Assembly: GCA_021817415.1 (NCBI GenBank)
Contig: JAKAUZ010000084.1
Coordinates: 17,221-81,220 of the forward strand
Length of the DNA stretch: 64,000 bases
Reading direction: 5' to 3'
From: Thermoplasmata archaeon
Lineage (GTDB): Archaea > Thermoplasmatota > Thermoplasmata > Thermoplasmatales > GCA-001856825
A program made the position numbers and the translations under genes. The notes under the pieces were generated by a model. That model ran no database searches and was not told the DNA's origin. It saw only the letters and a list, made by a program, of their open reading frames with translations. This document shows positions 1 through 7,698 of the stretch, one piece after another. Each line of letters begins with the position of its first letter. Within the stretch, counting starts at the first letter, position 1.

Positions 1-667
1 TGAAGAGTTCATATTTGTATCCTGCATCTTTACAATTTTCACTTTCTACGTTATATAATGGAAAAATCTTTAGTCCTGAATGATAGTCTATGAAATTCAA
101 TAGATAGAATTCATAAAGAAAATCTCTCATTATATAGAAACTGACAGTACTCATTGGGAACCCCTTCTCCTCTAGGAAAAATCTGACTTTGGAATCCTTC
201 GATCTATCCATGAGATTTCTTGGGATTTCAAGTTCGCCTGTACTGTAAAGCTGCTTTAAAAATTTAAAATAAGTTTCATTCTGTGAGTTAAGAAGCAATT
301 CAACAAACTTTAATGGACCTCTGACCTCATCTTTCTTCCACATTGCGGATAACTCTCTGGCCAAATCTGTTATCACATACCCATTGTTGTCCTTAATCGC
401 AAGTCTAGTTAGTCTAAATACCCGCAAGAATTGTTCTGCTTTCGTCAAGAAGGGCGGTCTCTTTGAACTGTCAAATGATTTCAATCTACCAGATCCCAGA
501 ACCCTAAAAGTGTTGGAAAGTCGGTTCTGGGAAGTCTTGATGAGAACTTGTCTTACATCTTCGATGTCGAAATGATCCTTTCTGAAACTGAGTTCATTCA
601 ACACCGCATGAACTTCGTGTCGGTATCTAACAGGTCTAATGCTAGTCCATCTGTCGAGTCCATTCAC
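1..667 (-). CDS. hypothetical protein, 5' portion only (gene runs off the left edge); co-directional partner immediately downstream of the SIR2 gene
   Basis: Own translation of the minus strand. The frame is open from 682 down to base 1, giving 222 complete codons from a GTG at 667-665, which lies 5 nt after the SIR2 stop. No ATG is present near the 5' end. The protein begins VNGLDRWTSIRPVRYRHEVHAVLNELSFRKDHFDIEDVRQVLIKTSQNRL and reads ...ESENCKDAGYKYELF at the window edge. It is absent from the ORF track because it is open-ended. I see no nameable motif and no Walker A. Confidence 0.5.
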   Translation of the reverse strand, partial: MNGLDRWTSIRPVRYRHEVHAVLNELSFRKDHFDIEDVRQVLIKTSQNRLSNTFRVLGSGRLKSFDSSKRPPFLTKAEQFLRVFRLTRLAIKDNNGYVITDLARELSAMWKKDEVRGPLKFVELLLNSQNETYFKFLKQLYSTGELEIPRNLMDRSKDSKVRFFLEEKGFPMSTVSFYIMRDFLYEFYLLNFIDYHSGLKIFPLYNVESENCKDAGYKYELF

Positions 668-671
668 TATT

Positions 672-1904
672 CTAATGTAACTTCACCCCAAAGTATTCTG
701 CTGCATCCGATTTTATTGGTTTTATTGCTTTGACAAGATTGGGATACTCTGACAAATTTCTTCTTACATTGTTTACTGCATTTCTATCGATGTAAATTAT
801 CTCGTACTCTCCTGGATCCGATGATATTGCATCATTAAGTACTTGACTTATCCACTTATCCCTGAATGAATAACCAATGACGTAACATTTTTTTTGCTCC
901 TTAAATCTCTTCTTTAGCAAGCTCAGCAATTCAAAATGTGGGTCGGATACGACATTTTTTGAAAGCCCCATAACTAGTACTCTTGACCTAACTTTGCTAT
1001 CGGGCCTAGATTCAATTATTTCGTTAGCTTCTTCAGTTTTCAGATAGGTCCCATTTTCAAGTTGTACGAGGTCTACAGATCCGTGTAGTTTATAGAGGAA
1101 AATACTTCCCCTTTCAGAGTGTTCGTAATTATCAAAATTTAATGTAATCCGGTCGTTTATTGTCTCATTGTAAAATTGAACTATATCTTGATTTATCGAG
1201 TCGCCAAACAGTTCTATAATATTGTCGTAATTGGTTGTAAAAAGATGAATATTGGATTCAATTCTTTTTGGATTACGCCTCTTCCATCCAGCATCCCCGG
1301 TTATCTTATGGAATAATTCCCCATATAACTTTATCACGTTTCTTCGAACCGTTGGCGCTTGAGTGTAAAAAGTGGAAAGCAAATATTCATGGTATTCGGT
1401 TATCAAATTATAAGCAATTTTGCTCTGACGCAGTCTAAATTTTCGCTGAGCTATTTTGGACAGCATCACGGCAGTGAATACATTGTTGTCCGCTGCATAA
1501 TATTTCGGTTTTGAGAAACCCTGGAAACAAGAGTACAAGGATTCAGAATCTAGTCTCCATCTACTTAGCTTTAGAAGCTTAATGAGTGAATTAATTTTTC
1601 TAATTTCTTTCTTACGTGTCTTACCATCGCTTATCGCCCTTTTGAGATATAGTTGGAAAGATTTAACAATTTCGACACTGGTAGGTAACCCAAAAAGCGA
1701 AGAAACTCCAGCTCCTATAAGCAACAAATGTCCAGTTTTTTCAGTCGTCAATGTCTTATCAGACGGAGGAGATATAAATGTCTTTCCATGTTTTAGGTAA
1801 CCCTTCGAAATATGGGTCCAATAAATAAAAGAGAGACTTGCAACTACTGTCTCGTATATTTTAGGTAAGATAGGTTTGTGTCTTCTCATGTACCACAAGT
1901 GCAT
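672..1904 (-). CDS. SIR2_2-family (sirtuin-like, predicted NAD+-consuming) defence-type protein, stand-alone domain
   Basis: 410-aa ORF carrying the SIR2_2 motif series in order: GHLLLIGAGVSSLFGLPT (codons around 1715-1701), LFTTNYDNIIE, LYKLHGSVD, VIGYSFRDKW. No extra recognisable domain is present. The start could be M1 (1904) or M6 (1889). Confidence 0.75.
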   Translation of the reverse strand: MHLWYMRRHKPILPKIYETVVASLSFIYWTHISKGYLKHGKTFISPPSDKTLTTEKTGHLLLIGAGVSSLFGLPTSVEIVKSFQLYLKRAISDGKTRKKEIRKINSLIKLLKLSRWRLDSESLYSCFQGFSKPKYYAADNNVFTAVMLSKIAQRKFRLRQSKIAYNLITEYHEYLLSTFYTQAPTVRRNVIKLYGELFHKITGDAGWKRRNPKRIESNIHLFTTNYDNIIELFGDSINQDIVQFYNETINDRITLNFDNYEHSERGSIFLYKLHGSVDLVQLENGTYLKTEEANEIIESRPDSKVRSRVLVMGLSKNVVSDPHFELLSLLKKRFKEQKKCYVIGYSFRDKWISQVLNDAISSDPGEYEIIYIDRNAVNNVRRNLSEYPNLVKAIKPIKSDAAEYFGVKLH

Positions 1905-1955
1905 GAATATGCACTAAAAGTATTTATTTATGCACATTATTGCACTTTGGTGCTA
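1900..1955. promoter_or_regulatory. divergent promoter region with helically phased TGCAC repeats flanking an AT-rich TATA-like element
   Basis: TGCAT at 1900, TGCAC at 1910, 1931 and 1941, and TGCTA at 1951, giving spacings of 10, 21, 10 and 10 nt. They flank AAAAGTATTTATTTA (1916-1930). The region lies between the SIR2 start (1904, minus) and the small ORF/methyltransferase operon (plus). Confidence 0.4.
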
Positions 1956-2125
1956 TGAATATACAGTTTTTCAATGTGAGCGAAGTTATTGAAATGAAAG
2001 TCGGTGAAGGGGGTAGGATCACTGGACTGAAAAAGTATGAGGGATCAATAATTAAGATAGTAGTATTTGACACAACTAAGAATGATGTACAAGAAGAAAC
2101 TAGTAAAAGGAGCGGTCAATATTGA
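1955..2125 (+). CDS. small hypothetical protein (56 aa from the ATG at 1955), translationally coupled to the methyltransferase; possible controller protein
   Basis: The ORF track gives 1940-2125 from a TTG; in-frame ATGs lie at 1955 and 1994. Its TGA stop (2123-2125) overlaps the TTG start (2122) of the next gene. The segment MKVGEGGRITGLKKYEGSIIKIVVF weakly recalls SpoVT/AbrB-type swapped-hairpin regulators, at very low certainty. Confidence 0.3.
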   Translation: MNIQFFNVSEVIEMKVGEGGRITGLKKYEGSIIKIVVFDTTKNDVQEETSKRSGQY

Positions 2126-4281
2126 AAAACCTAAGTCCTTCAATCAAACGAGCTTCTAAAGGGTCCGAGATAGATCCAGAAAGAGGCAAGAAGTTGATAG
2201 AAGTAGGTTTGCCCATTGGAAAAATAAGTTCTTTAGCTGAAAAGGAAGCAAACGGTAGAAAGACAATTTATAGAATTCATAAGTGGTGGGCAAGGCGACT
2301 TGGAACTGTTTTTCGAAGTTTGTTAATTGGAGCTTTTATGCATTCATTCACAACACCTGGACAATTCATTGATACATTCAATTCAGAGAGGAGGATTGGC
2401 GAGGGCAAGATTGTACTTGACTCTTTTCTTGGTGGAGGCACGACAGCAGTTGAAGCGCTTAGACTGGGTTCGAAGGTTATTGGAATTGACATTAATCCTG
2501 TGTCTTGGTTTATATCAAAGAAAGAAGTGGAGCCAATAAAACTTAACTTGATGAAGAAGGAATTCGAGATACTTAAGAAAACGGTAGGAAACGAAATATT
2601 GGAACTGTACTCAACAAAGTGCACTAAAGGGCACGAGGCTAAGATTGTTTATGCTCTTTGGAATTACAAAGCAACGTGTTCTTCTTGTAAAAGAGAATCA
2701 GATCTCTTCAGAGATCATATTGTACTAGAAAAAAGGAGCAGTCAAGGAGAAGTAGAGTTTGTTCTTCACTGTGAGTATTGCGGGAATATATTCTCTTCAC
2801 ACTCTAGAGGGATTCAAAAGTGTCCTAAATGCAACATGCAAATCAATGCACGTTTAGGTAATACGCGGAATGGAATATTCAAGTGTATATGTGGTTCCGA
2901 AAGGCGGATTGTGGACATGGTTAAGGAAAACGGGGGACCTTTGGAACGAGCGATGTTCGCAATAGAATATGATTGCCCTAAATGTGGAAGAGGGTTCAAG
3001 GCACCGAGTAGGTCAGATTTGGAGAAGTTCCTAGGGATCAAAAGAAGATTCGAAATCTCAAAAGATTCGCTGTTATATCCTAAGGAAGGCGTCAAGACAA
3101 GCGAAAGCGACAAAAGGCCTGTAAATCACGGATACAAATATTTCTACCAACTTTTCAATGAGCGACAGTTGTTAAGTCTCTCTCTTCTTCTAAATGGAAT
3201 CATGCAGGTTCGAGATCTCTCAACCCGCGAGTTCCTTTTATTGGCATTCTCCGCGAGCCTTGAAACTAACAACCTACTATGTAAGTACGAAACAAAGTGG
3301 GACAAGATTTCGGCGACATTTGCGATTCCCGCGTATCATCCAACGGAGAGAATAGCAGAAAACAATGTTTGGGGAGGCCGATACGGAAGAGGAACTTTTG
3401 TTAAAAGCTACAGAAAGATATTGCTTGCAAAAGGGGTGGGGCTTAAAGGTACCATGGATGAAAAAGTTAAGTATATTCCTGTCAACTCTCCATATCGTTT
3501 CACAAAATTAGCACACTCATATATCAAACTAAAGGCGAATGATTCCGATGTTCTCTTGAAATGCGCTGATTCCGAGAAAATGACCTTTCTCCCCAATGAA
3601 AGCGTAGACCTGGTTTTGACCGATCCACCTTATTTTGATAATTTTACATATTCTAGACTTTCTGACTTTTTTTATGTGTGGCTCAAAATACCATTGTCAA
3701 CAGTCTACCCAAGGTTTTTTGGAAAACCAACCTCAATGCGCAGACAGGAGATTGTTCTAGATCGAAAAACAGGAAAGAGTCTTAACAATGTCGTGAAATC
3801 GTTGTCTAGAGTCTTCTCAGAATGCAATAGGGTTATGAGAAAAGATGGTTTGCTGGTATTCACTTTTCACCACAATCAGCTATGGGCATGGGAGGGTTTG
3901 TACGACTCTGTCAAGACCTCTGGATTTACAATTGTTAATACAATTTACATCAGATCAGAGAGTATTACGGGTTATAGGAAAGCAGGGAAAATAAGTTACG
4001 ATGCCTGCATTGTTTGTAAGAAGGGAGTACAAGAGCCTAGCAGAGCCGACTTGTCCGCAGCAAGAAGATCTTCAAAACTATGGGTCCGAAAATTGGTCAA
4101 GGCAGGAAATGGCTTGCATGATGCTGATGTCAGAAGTATAGTGATGGGCGAGATTGCCAGATTCAATCCTTCTCTATTGAGTGACAAAAGCAAGGAGAAT
4201 AAACTCAATACTTTAACAAATGAATGCATCCAGTTGCGGGATAAACTTAAAAGTGACAATACGGACAAGACAGAAAACTAG
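2122..4281 (+). CDS. DUF1156/COG1743-type DNA methyltransferase with internal Zn-ribbons (N6-adenine or N4-cytosine class, DPPY motif)
   Basis: 719 aa. The N-terminal DUF1156-like signature is IHKWWARRLG (WWARR encoded at 2284-2298). SAM motif I is VLDSFLGGGTTAVEALRLG (from 2419). Three CxxC pairs lie in between: CSSC..CEYC, CPKC..CICG and CPKCG. Catalytic motif IV is LVLTDPPYF (DPPY at 3622-3633). An AGGAG at 2108-2112 sits 9 nt upstream of the TTG start. Confidence 0.8.
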   Translation: MKNLSPSIKRASKGSEIDPERGKKLIEVGLPIGKISSLAEKEANGRKTIYRIHKWWARRLGTVFRSLLIGAFMHSFTTPGQFIDTFNSERRIGEGKIVLDSFLGGGTTAVEALRLGSKVIGIDINPVSWFISKKEVEPIKLNLMKKEFEILKKTVGNEILELYSTKCTKGHEAKIVYALWNYKATCSSCKRESDLFRDHIVLEKRSSQGEVEFVLHCEYCGNIFSSHSRGIQKCPKCNMQINARLGNTRNGIFKCICGSERRIVDMVKENGGPLERAMFAIEYDCPKCGRGFKAPSRSDLEKFLGIKRRFEISKDSLLYPKEGVKTSESDKRPVNHGYKYFYQLFNERQLLSLSLLLNGIMQVRDLSTREFLLLAFSASLETNNLLCKYETKWDKISATFAIPAYHPTERIAENNVWGGRYGRGTFVKSYRKILLAKGVGLKGTMDEKVKYIPVNSPYRFTKLAHSYIKLKANDSDVLLKCADSEKMTFLPNESVDLVLTDPPYFDNFTYSRLSDFFYVWLKIPLSTVYPRFFGKPTSMRRQEIVLDRKTGKSLNNVVKSLSRVFSECNRVMRKDGLLVFTFHHNQLWAWEGLYDSVKTSGFTIVNTIYIRSESITGYRKAGKISYDACIVCKKGVQEPSRADLSAARRSSKLWVRKLVKAGNGLHDADVRSIVMGEIARFNPSLLSDKSKENKLNTLTNECIQLRDKLKSDNTDKTEN

Positions 4282-4448
4282 TTGAAGAACGAACCTAGAA
4301 TATTCTTACTCACTTAGACAAGTAATAGCCGGACTTTCTATAATTTATCCTTGACCAACTAACTTTTGTGTTGTTTCACTCACTTTCCGTTTGAGTATAT
4401 CTTAAGATGCGACTTCCATCAGAGCAGAAACATTTAATAAAGCTAAAC

Positions 4449-4460
4449 ATATTTTTATTC
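4449..4460 (+). promoter_or_regulatory. possible internal archaeal TATA box for a leaderless ParB-like/SNF2/DUF3883 transcript
   Basis: ATATTTTTATTC is centred about 27 nt upstream of the ATG at 4481. It lies in the 180-nt gap after the methyltransferase gene. Confidence 0.3.
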
Positions 4461-4480
4461 ATTTGGAGTCTGGTAAAATC

Positions 4481-5776
4481 ATGGCAATGACCAACAAGTT
4501 GTCAAAGGAAATTGAAGCGTATATAGAAACACATAAGGAAAGTAAACTGGAAAGGATCATTCCAGTAGAACTATCTGGAAAAAGGGAGGACCTCCAAGTC
4601 TATAGAATCCCTATAAACCTTTTAAGGTATAACATAAGAAATGGAAGATTTGCCGCTGAGTATCGTGACTTTGTGAGTAAGAAAGGCAGGGAACTTGATC
4701 CAAACAAAAAGAGCGATGCCCTTGAAATCAGAAAATTACTTCTAAATATCAAACCAGAGGCCACTCGAGTTTTGGAAGACGATCTTAAAAGGATAGGTCA
4801 ATTAGATCCAGGAGTTATGACTTTCGATGGATTTGTTGTCAATGGAAATAGAAGAATGGCAGTTTTTGAGCGACTGCAAGAACAAACGGGTGAGTCCAGA
4901 TGGTCCTTCTTGGAAATGGCAATACTTCCAAAAGCTGTCACTGAGCAAGATTTGTGGAGAATAGAAGCTAATCTTCAATTCTCCAAGGATGAAAGGTTGG
5001 AATATGGCCCGATTAATCAACTCTTAAAATTTAGAGATGGCATAAAAGCTGGCCTGACCACGAAACAAATCGCAGCAAGTATGTACGGGGACTTCTCTGA
5101 GAAAGACATAAAGACTGATTTAGAGCGACTTGAACTAATAGAAACATATCTGGAGTACATTGGAAAAAAGGGAAACTACAAAGCCGCTGAACGTATACAT
5201 GAACACTTTATTGACATTCAAAAAGTTTTGGCAAAACAAAAAAAGAATGGCACTGATCCGCTTGAGCTTCAAAAAATACTTCATTTTGCATTTGACATGA
5301 TAAAGGCTGGATCAACTCACTGGGACATTCGGCAACTTAACAATATCATAAAAGAGCCAATTGCGAAAACCCGTCTTTTGAATGGAATCGAGCAAATAGA
5401 AACAACCAGTCCTATTCAAATGAAAGAGGGGCCTAGTGATGCTGAGTTGATCAAAAATAAACCCGACGAACACCTTAACCAATATACCACAGAGAACAGC
5501 GGAGCTAAAGAACCAGAGGAAGAACAACCTAATGAATTAGAATCTGCCTCGGGCGCAGACGAGAATCCTGTTATTACATTGTTTGAAGAAAGTTCAGAAA
5601 CCGCACTTGCATCTCAGCTGAAGAACAAACCTATTAAGCTACTGACAACTGCTTTGACGAATCTGCAAAGTGTTGAAATTGATAGCCCTGCTCTGTTAGA
5701 GCAGAAGGCTCGAGACTTGATAAATGAAATAGCGTTTATAGTTCAAAAACTGAAAGTCCTTGCAGAAAATAGATAG
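4481..5776 (+). CDS. ParB/sulfiredoxin-fold (ParB N-terminal domain-like) protein with an acidic linker
   Basis: The ORF track start is a TTG at 4463; the in-frame ATG at 4481 is preferred. YRIPINLLRYNIRNGRF is followed by DGFVVNGNRRMAVFERL (NGNRR encoded at 4841-4855), which resembles the ParB-box arginine motif. An acidic low-complexity stretch, KEPEEEQPNELESASGADENP, lies near the C-terminal third. Confidence 0.55.
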   Translation: MAMTNKLSKEIEAYIETHKESKLERIIPVELSGKREDLQVYRIPINLLRYNIRNGRFAAEYRDFVSKKGRELDPNKKSDALEIRKLLLNIKPEATRVLEDDLKRIGQLDPGVMTFDGFVVNGNRRMAVFERLQEQTGESRWSFLEMAILPKAVTEQDLWRIEANLQFSKDERLEYGPINQLLKFRDGIKAGLTTKQIAASMYGDFSEKDIKTDLERLELIETYLEYIGKKGNYKAAERIHEHFIDIQKVLAKQKKNGTDPLELQKILHFAFDMIKAGSTHWDIRQLNNIIKEPIAKTRLLNGIEQIETTSPIQMKEGPSDAELIKNKPDEHLNQYTTENSGAKEPEEEQPNELESASGADENPVITLFEESSETALASQLKNKPIKLLTTALTNLQSVEIDSPALLEQKARDLINEIAFIVQKLKVLAENR

Positions 5777-5787
5777 GGCGATCAAGG

Positions 5788-7698
5788 TTGATTGAAATAG
5801 CAATGAAAGATGGGAAGCTAGAAATTTCCTTTCCAGAGAATCCGGAGCTTTATGAACAAATTGATTCGAGACTGACATTTATTTCCGTGCTTGGATTCGA
5901 ATACAATTCACTTGATCGCAAATTTGTTATGGAAAATATAAGTGACCTAGTTGGCCTTGTGTCTGCGGTTAGAACCTCGATTAGATATTTTGAAAGCGGT
6001 AGACTTCCATATGAATTCGACTCTAATATTGAGCGTATTATTCAGGCTGCTCAGGATTCCGACACGCAAATGATTAACTCGATAAATCGATGGAACGAAC
6101 TTAATGACTCTAATACGAGTCAAATCAGTGTCCCTGGCTTCGTCAGATCTCTCTTCCCTTATCAAATTAGAGGAGTATTGCATGGGCTAGGAGTGGACCA
6201 CCCTGCAAATTTCTCCGTCCCAGGGAGCGGTAAGACAACAATAGCTTATGCAATTTATTCGATTCTAAGAGCTCGAGGAGTCCTTGACAGGATGGTAGTA
6301 GTGGGGCCTAGCAGTTCTTTTATGCCGTGGGAGGATGAGTATGAAGCATGTTTCGGGAAAGGACCGGTCTCGTTGAGAGTGAGCGGAGACAAGGTTGATA
6401 CCTTAGAAGAAGATTTTGATAGAAGCGACCTAGTGCTCCTCACTTACCAGATGGCAAGCAGAATTACCCCAGAACTCATTCATTTGATGTCAAGATCAAA
6501 TACCTTTCTCATTCTTGATGAATCCCATAATATCAAGAGGTTCAGTGGCGGTCTTTGGTCAAGTTCTCTGCTGAAAGTGGCACCCTATGCAAGAAAGAGG
6601 ATGATTCTAACTGGAACTCCTATGCCAAATGATTATTTCGATTTGTGGAGTCAGTTCACTTTTTTGTGGCCCTTTAGAAATCTGCTCAAAGGTTCATCGG
6701 AGTACAAGACACTGGCTAAATCTAAAGACGGTAGGGAGAGAATAAAAGATATTGTAAGACCCTTTTATAACCGAATTAATAAGAGAGACCTAAATCTTCC
6801 CTCGCCAGAATTTAAAGTCATACGTGTGCCGATGGGCAAAGTTCAACAAAGAATTTATAAAGCTATCGCTGCGAAAACCCTTGCAGATCTAGCAAATCCT
6901 CCAAAGGAAAGGCAGATTCTAAGAGACTGGCGTAAATACAGAATTGTCAGGCTTCTCCAAGTAGCAACAAATCCCACTCTTTTGACAAAATATTCTGAGG
7001 AGTTTAGTGTTCCCCCGCTTTTTTCAGACAATCTGCCCATCTCATCCCTGATTCAACAATACCCAGAATACGAGATACCTTCTAAGATGGTCGAGACAGC
7101 AAAAATGACACGTGAGATCATGGACGGGGGTCAAAAAGTGTTGATTTGGACCGCTTTCATTCATAACATTAAGATGTTGCAGGGAATGCTTTCTGAGAGA
7201 AATCCGCTTATAATTTACGGTGGAATTCCAAAAGACGAAAGAGAAGACCAGGTGTTTAATAGAGAAAATATAATACGCGAGTTCAAAAATGACCCAAATC
7301 CTAGAGTCCTCATAGCAAACCCAAGTTCACTATCAGAATCTGTATCTTTACAAAAAGTCTGCATGAATGCAATATACCTTGATAGAACATTCAATGCGGG
7401 CCAATATATTCAGTCACTTGACAGAATTCATAGAATAGGTTTGGCACCGACAGATGTGGTCAAATACTATATATTGATAGCCGCCAACAGTGTGGACGAG
7501 GCAGTGCATTCAAGACTCAACCTGAAATTCAGTCGCCTACTTGAACTGCTAAACGATGAACTACCAATGGTCGATCTCGGTTCGGATCCTAGTCTTGTCA
7601 GTGAGGTAAGTGATCAGGAATTTGAAAAAGACTTCGAAGCTGTTTGTCGGCATTTGACCGATCTTCGTGACGTTGAGATGAATGCCTCCAAAAATTGA
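5788..7698 (+). CDS. SNF2-family (SF2) ATPase/translocase
   Basis: Motifs in order: LFPYQIRGV; Walker A VPGSGKTT (6220-6240); DExH box LILDESHN (DESH at 6517-6528); LTGTPMPN; helicase-C region KVLIWTAF; and motif VI QSLDRIHRIGL. The gene begins 12 nt after the previous gene. Confidence 0.85.
   Translation: MIEIAMKDGKLEISFPENPELYEQIDSRLTFISVLGFEYNSLDRKFVMENISDLVGLVSAVRTSIRYFESGRLPYEFDSNIERIIQAAQDSDTQMINSINRWNELNDSNTSQISVPGFVRSLFPYQIRGVLHGLGVDHPANFSVPGSGKTTIAYAIYSILRARGVLDRMVVVGPSSSFMPWEDEYEACFGKGPVSLRVSGDKVDTLEEDFDRSDLVLLTYQMASRITPELIHLMSRSNTFLILDESHNIKRFSGGLWSSSLLKVAPYARKRMILTGTPMPNDYFDLWSQFTFLWPFRNLLKGSSEYKTLAKSKDGRERIKDIVRPFYNRINKRDLNLPSPEFKVIRVPMGKVQQRIYKAIAAKTLADLANPPKERQILRDWRKYRIVRLLQVATNPTLLTKYSEEFSVPPLFSDNLPISSLIQQYPEYEIPSKMVETAKMTREIMDGGQKVLIWTAFIHNIKMLQGMLSERNPLIIYGGIPKDEREDQVFNRENIIREFKNDPNPRVLIANPSSLSESVSLQKVCMNAIYLDRTFNAGQYIQSLDRIHRIGLAPTDVVKYYILIAANSVDEAVHSRLNLKFSRLLELLNDELPMVDLGSDPSLVSEVSDQEFEKDFEAVCRHLTDLRDVEMNASKN

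Noticed and set aside
384-733. Two plus-strand ORFs (384-575 and 548-733) listed in the ORF track
   Set aside because: They lie antisense to a much longer uninterrupted minus-strand frame (1-667) that is operonic with the SIR2 gene. Their sequences are low-complexity and carry no motif.
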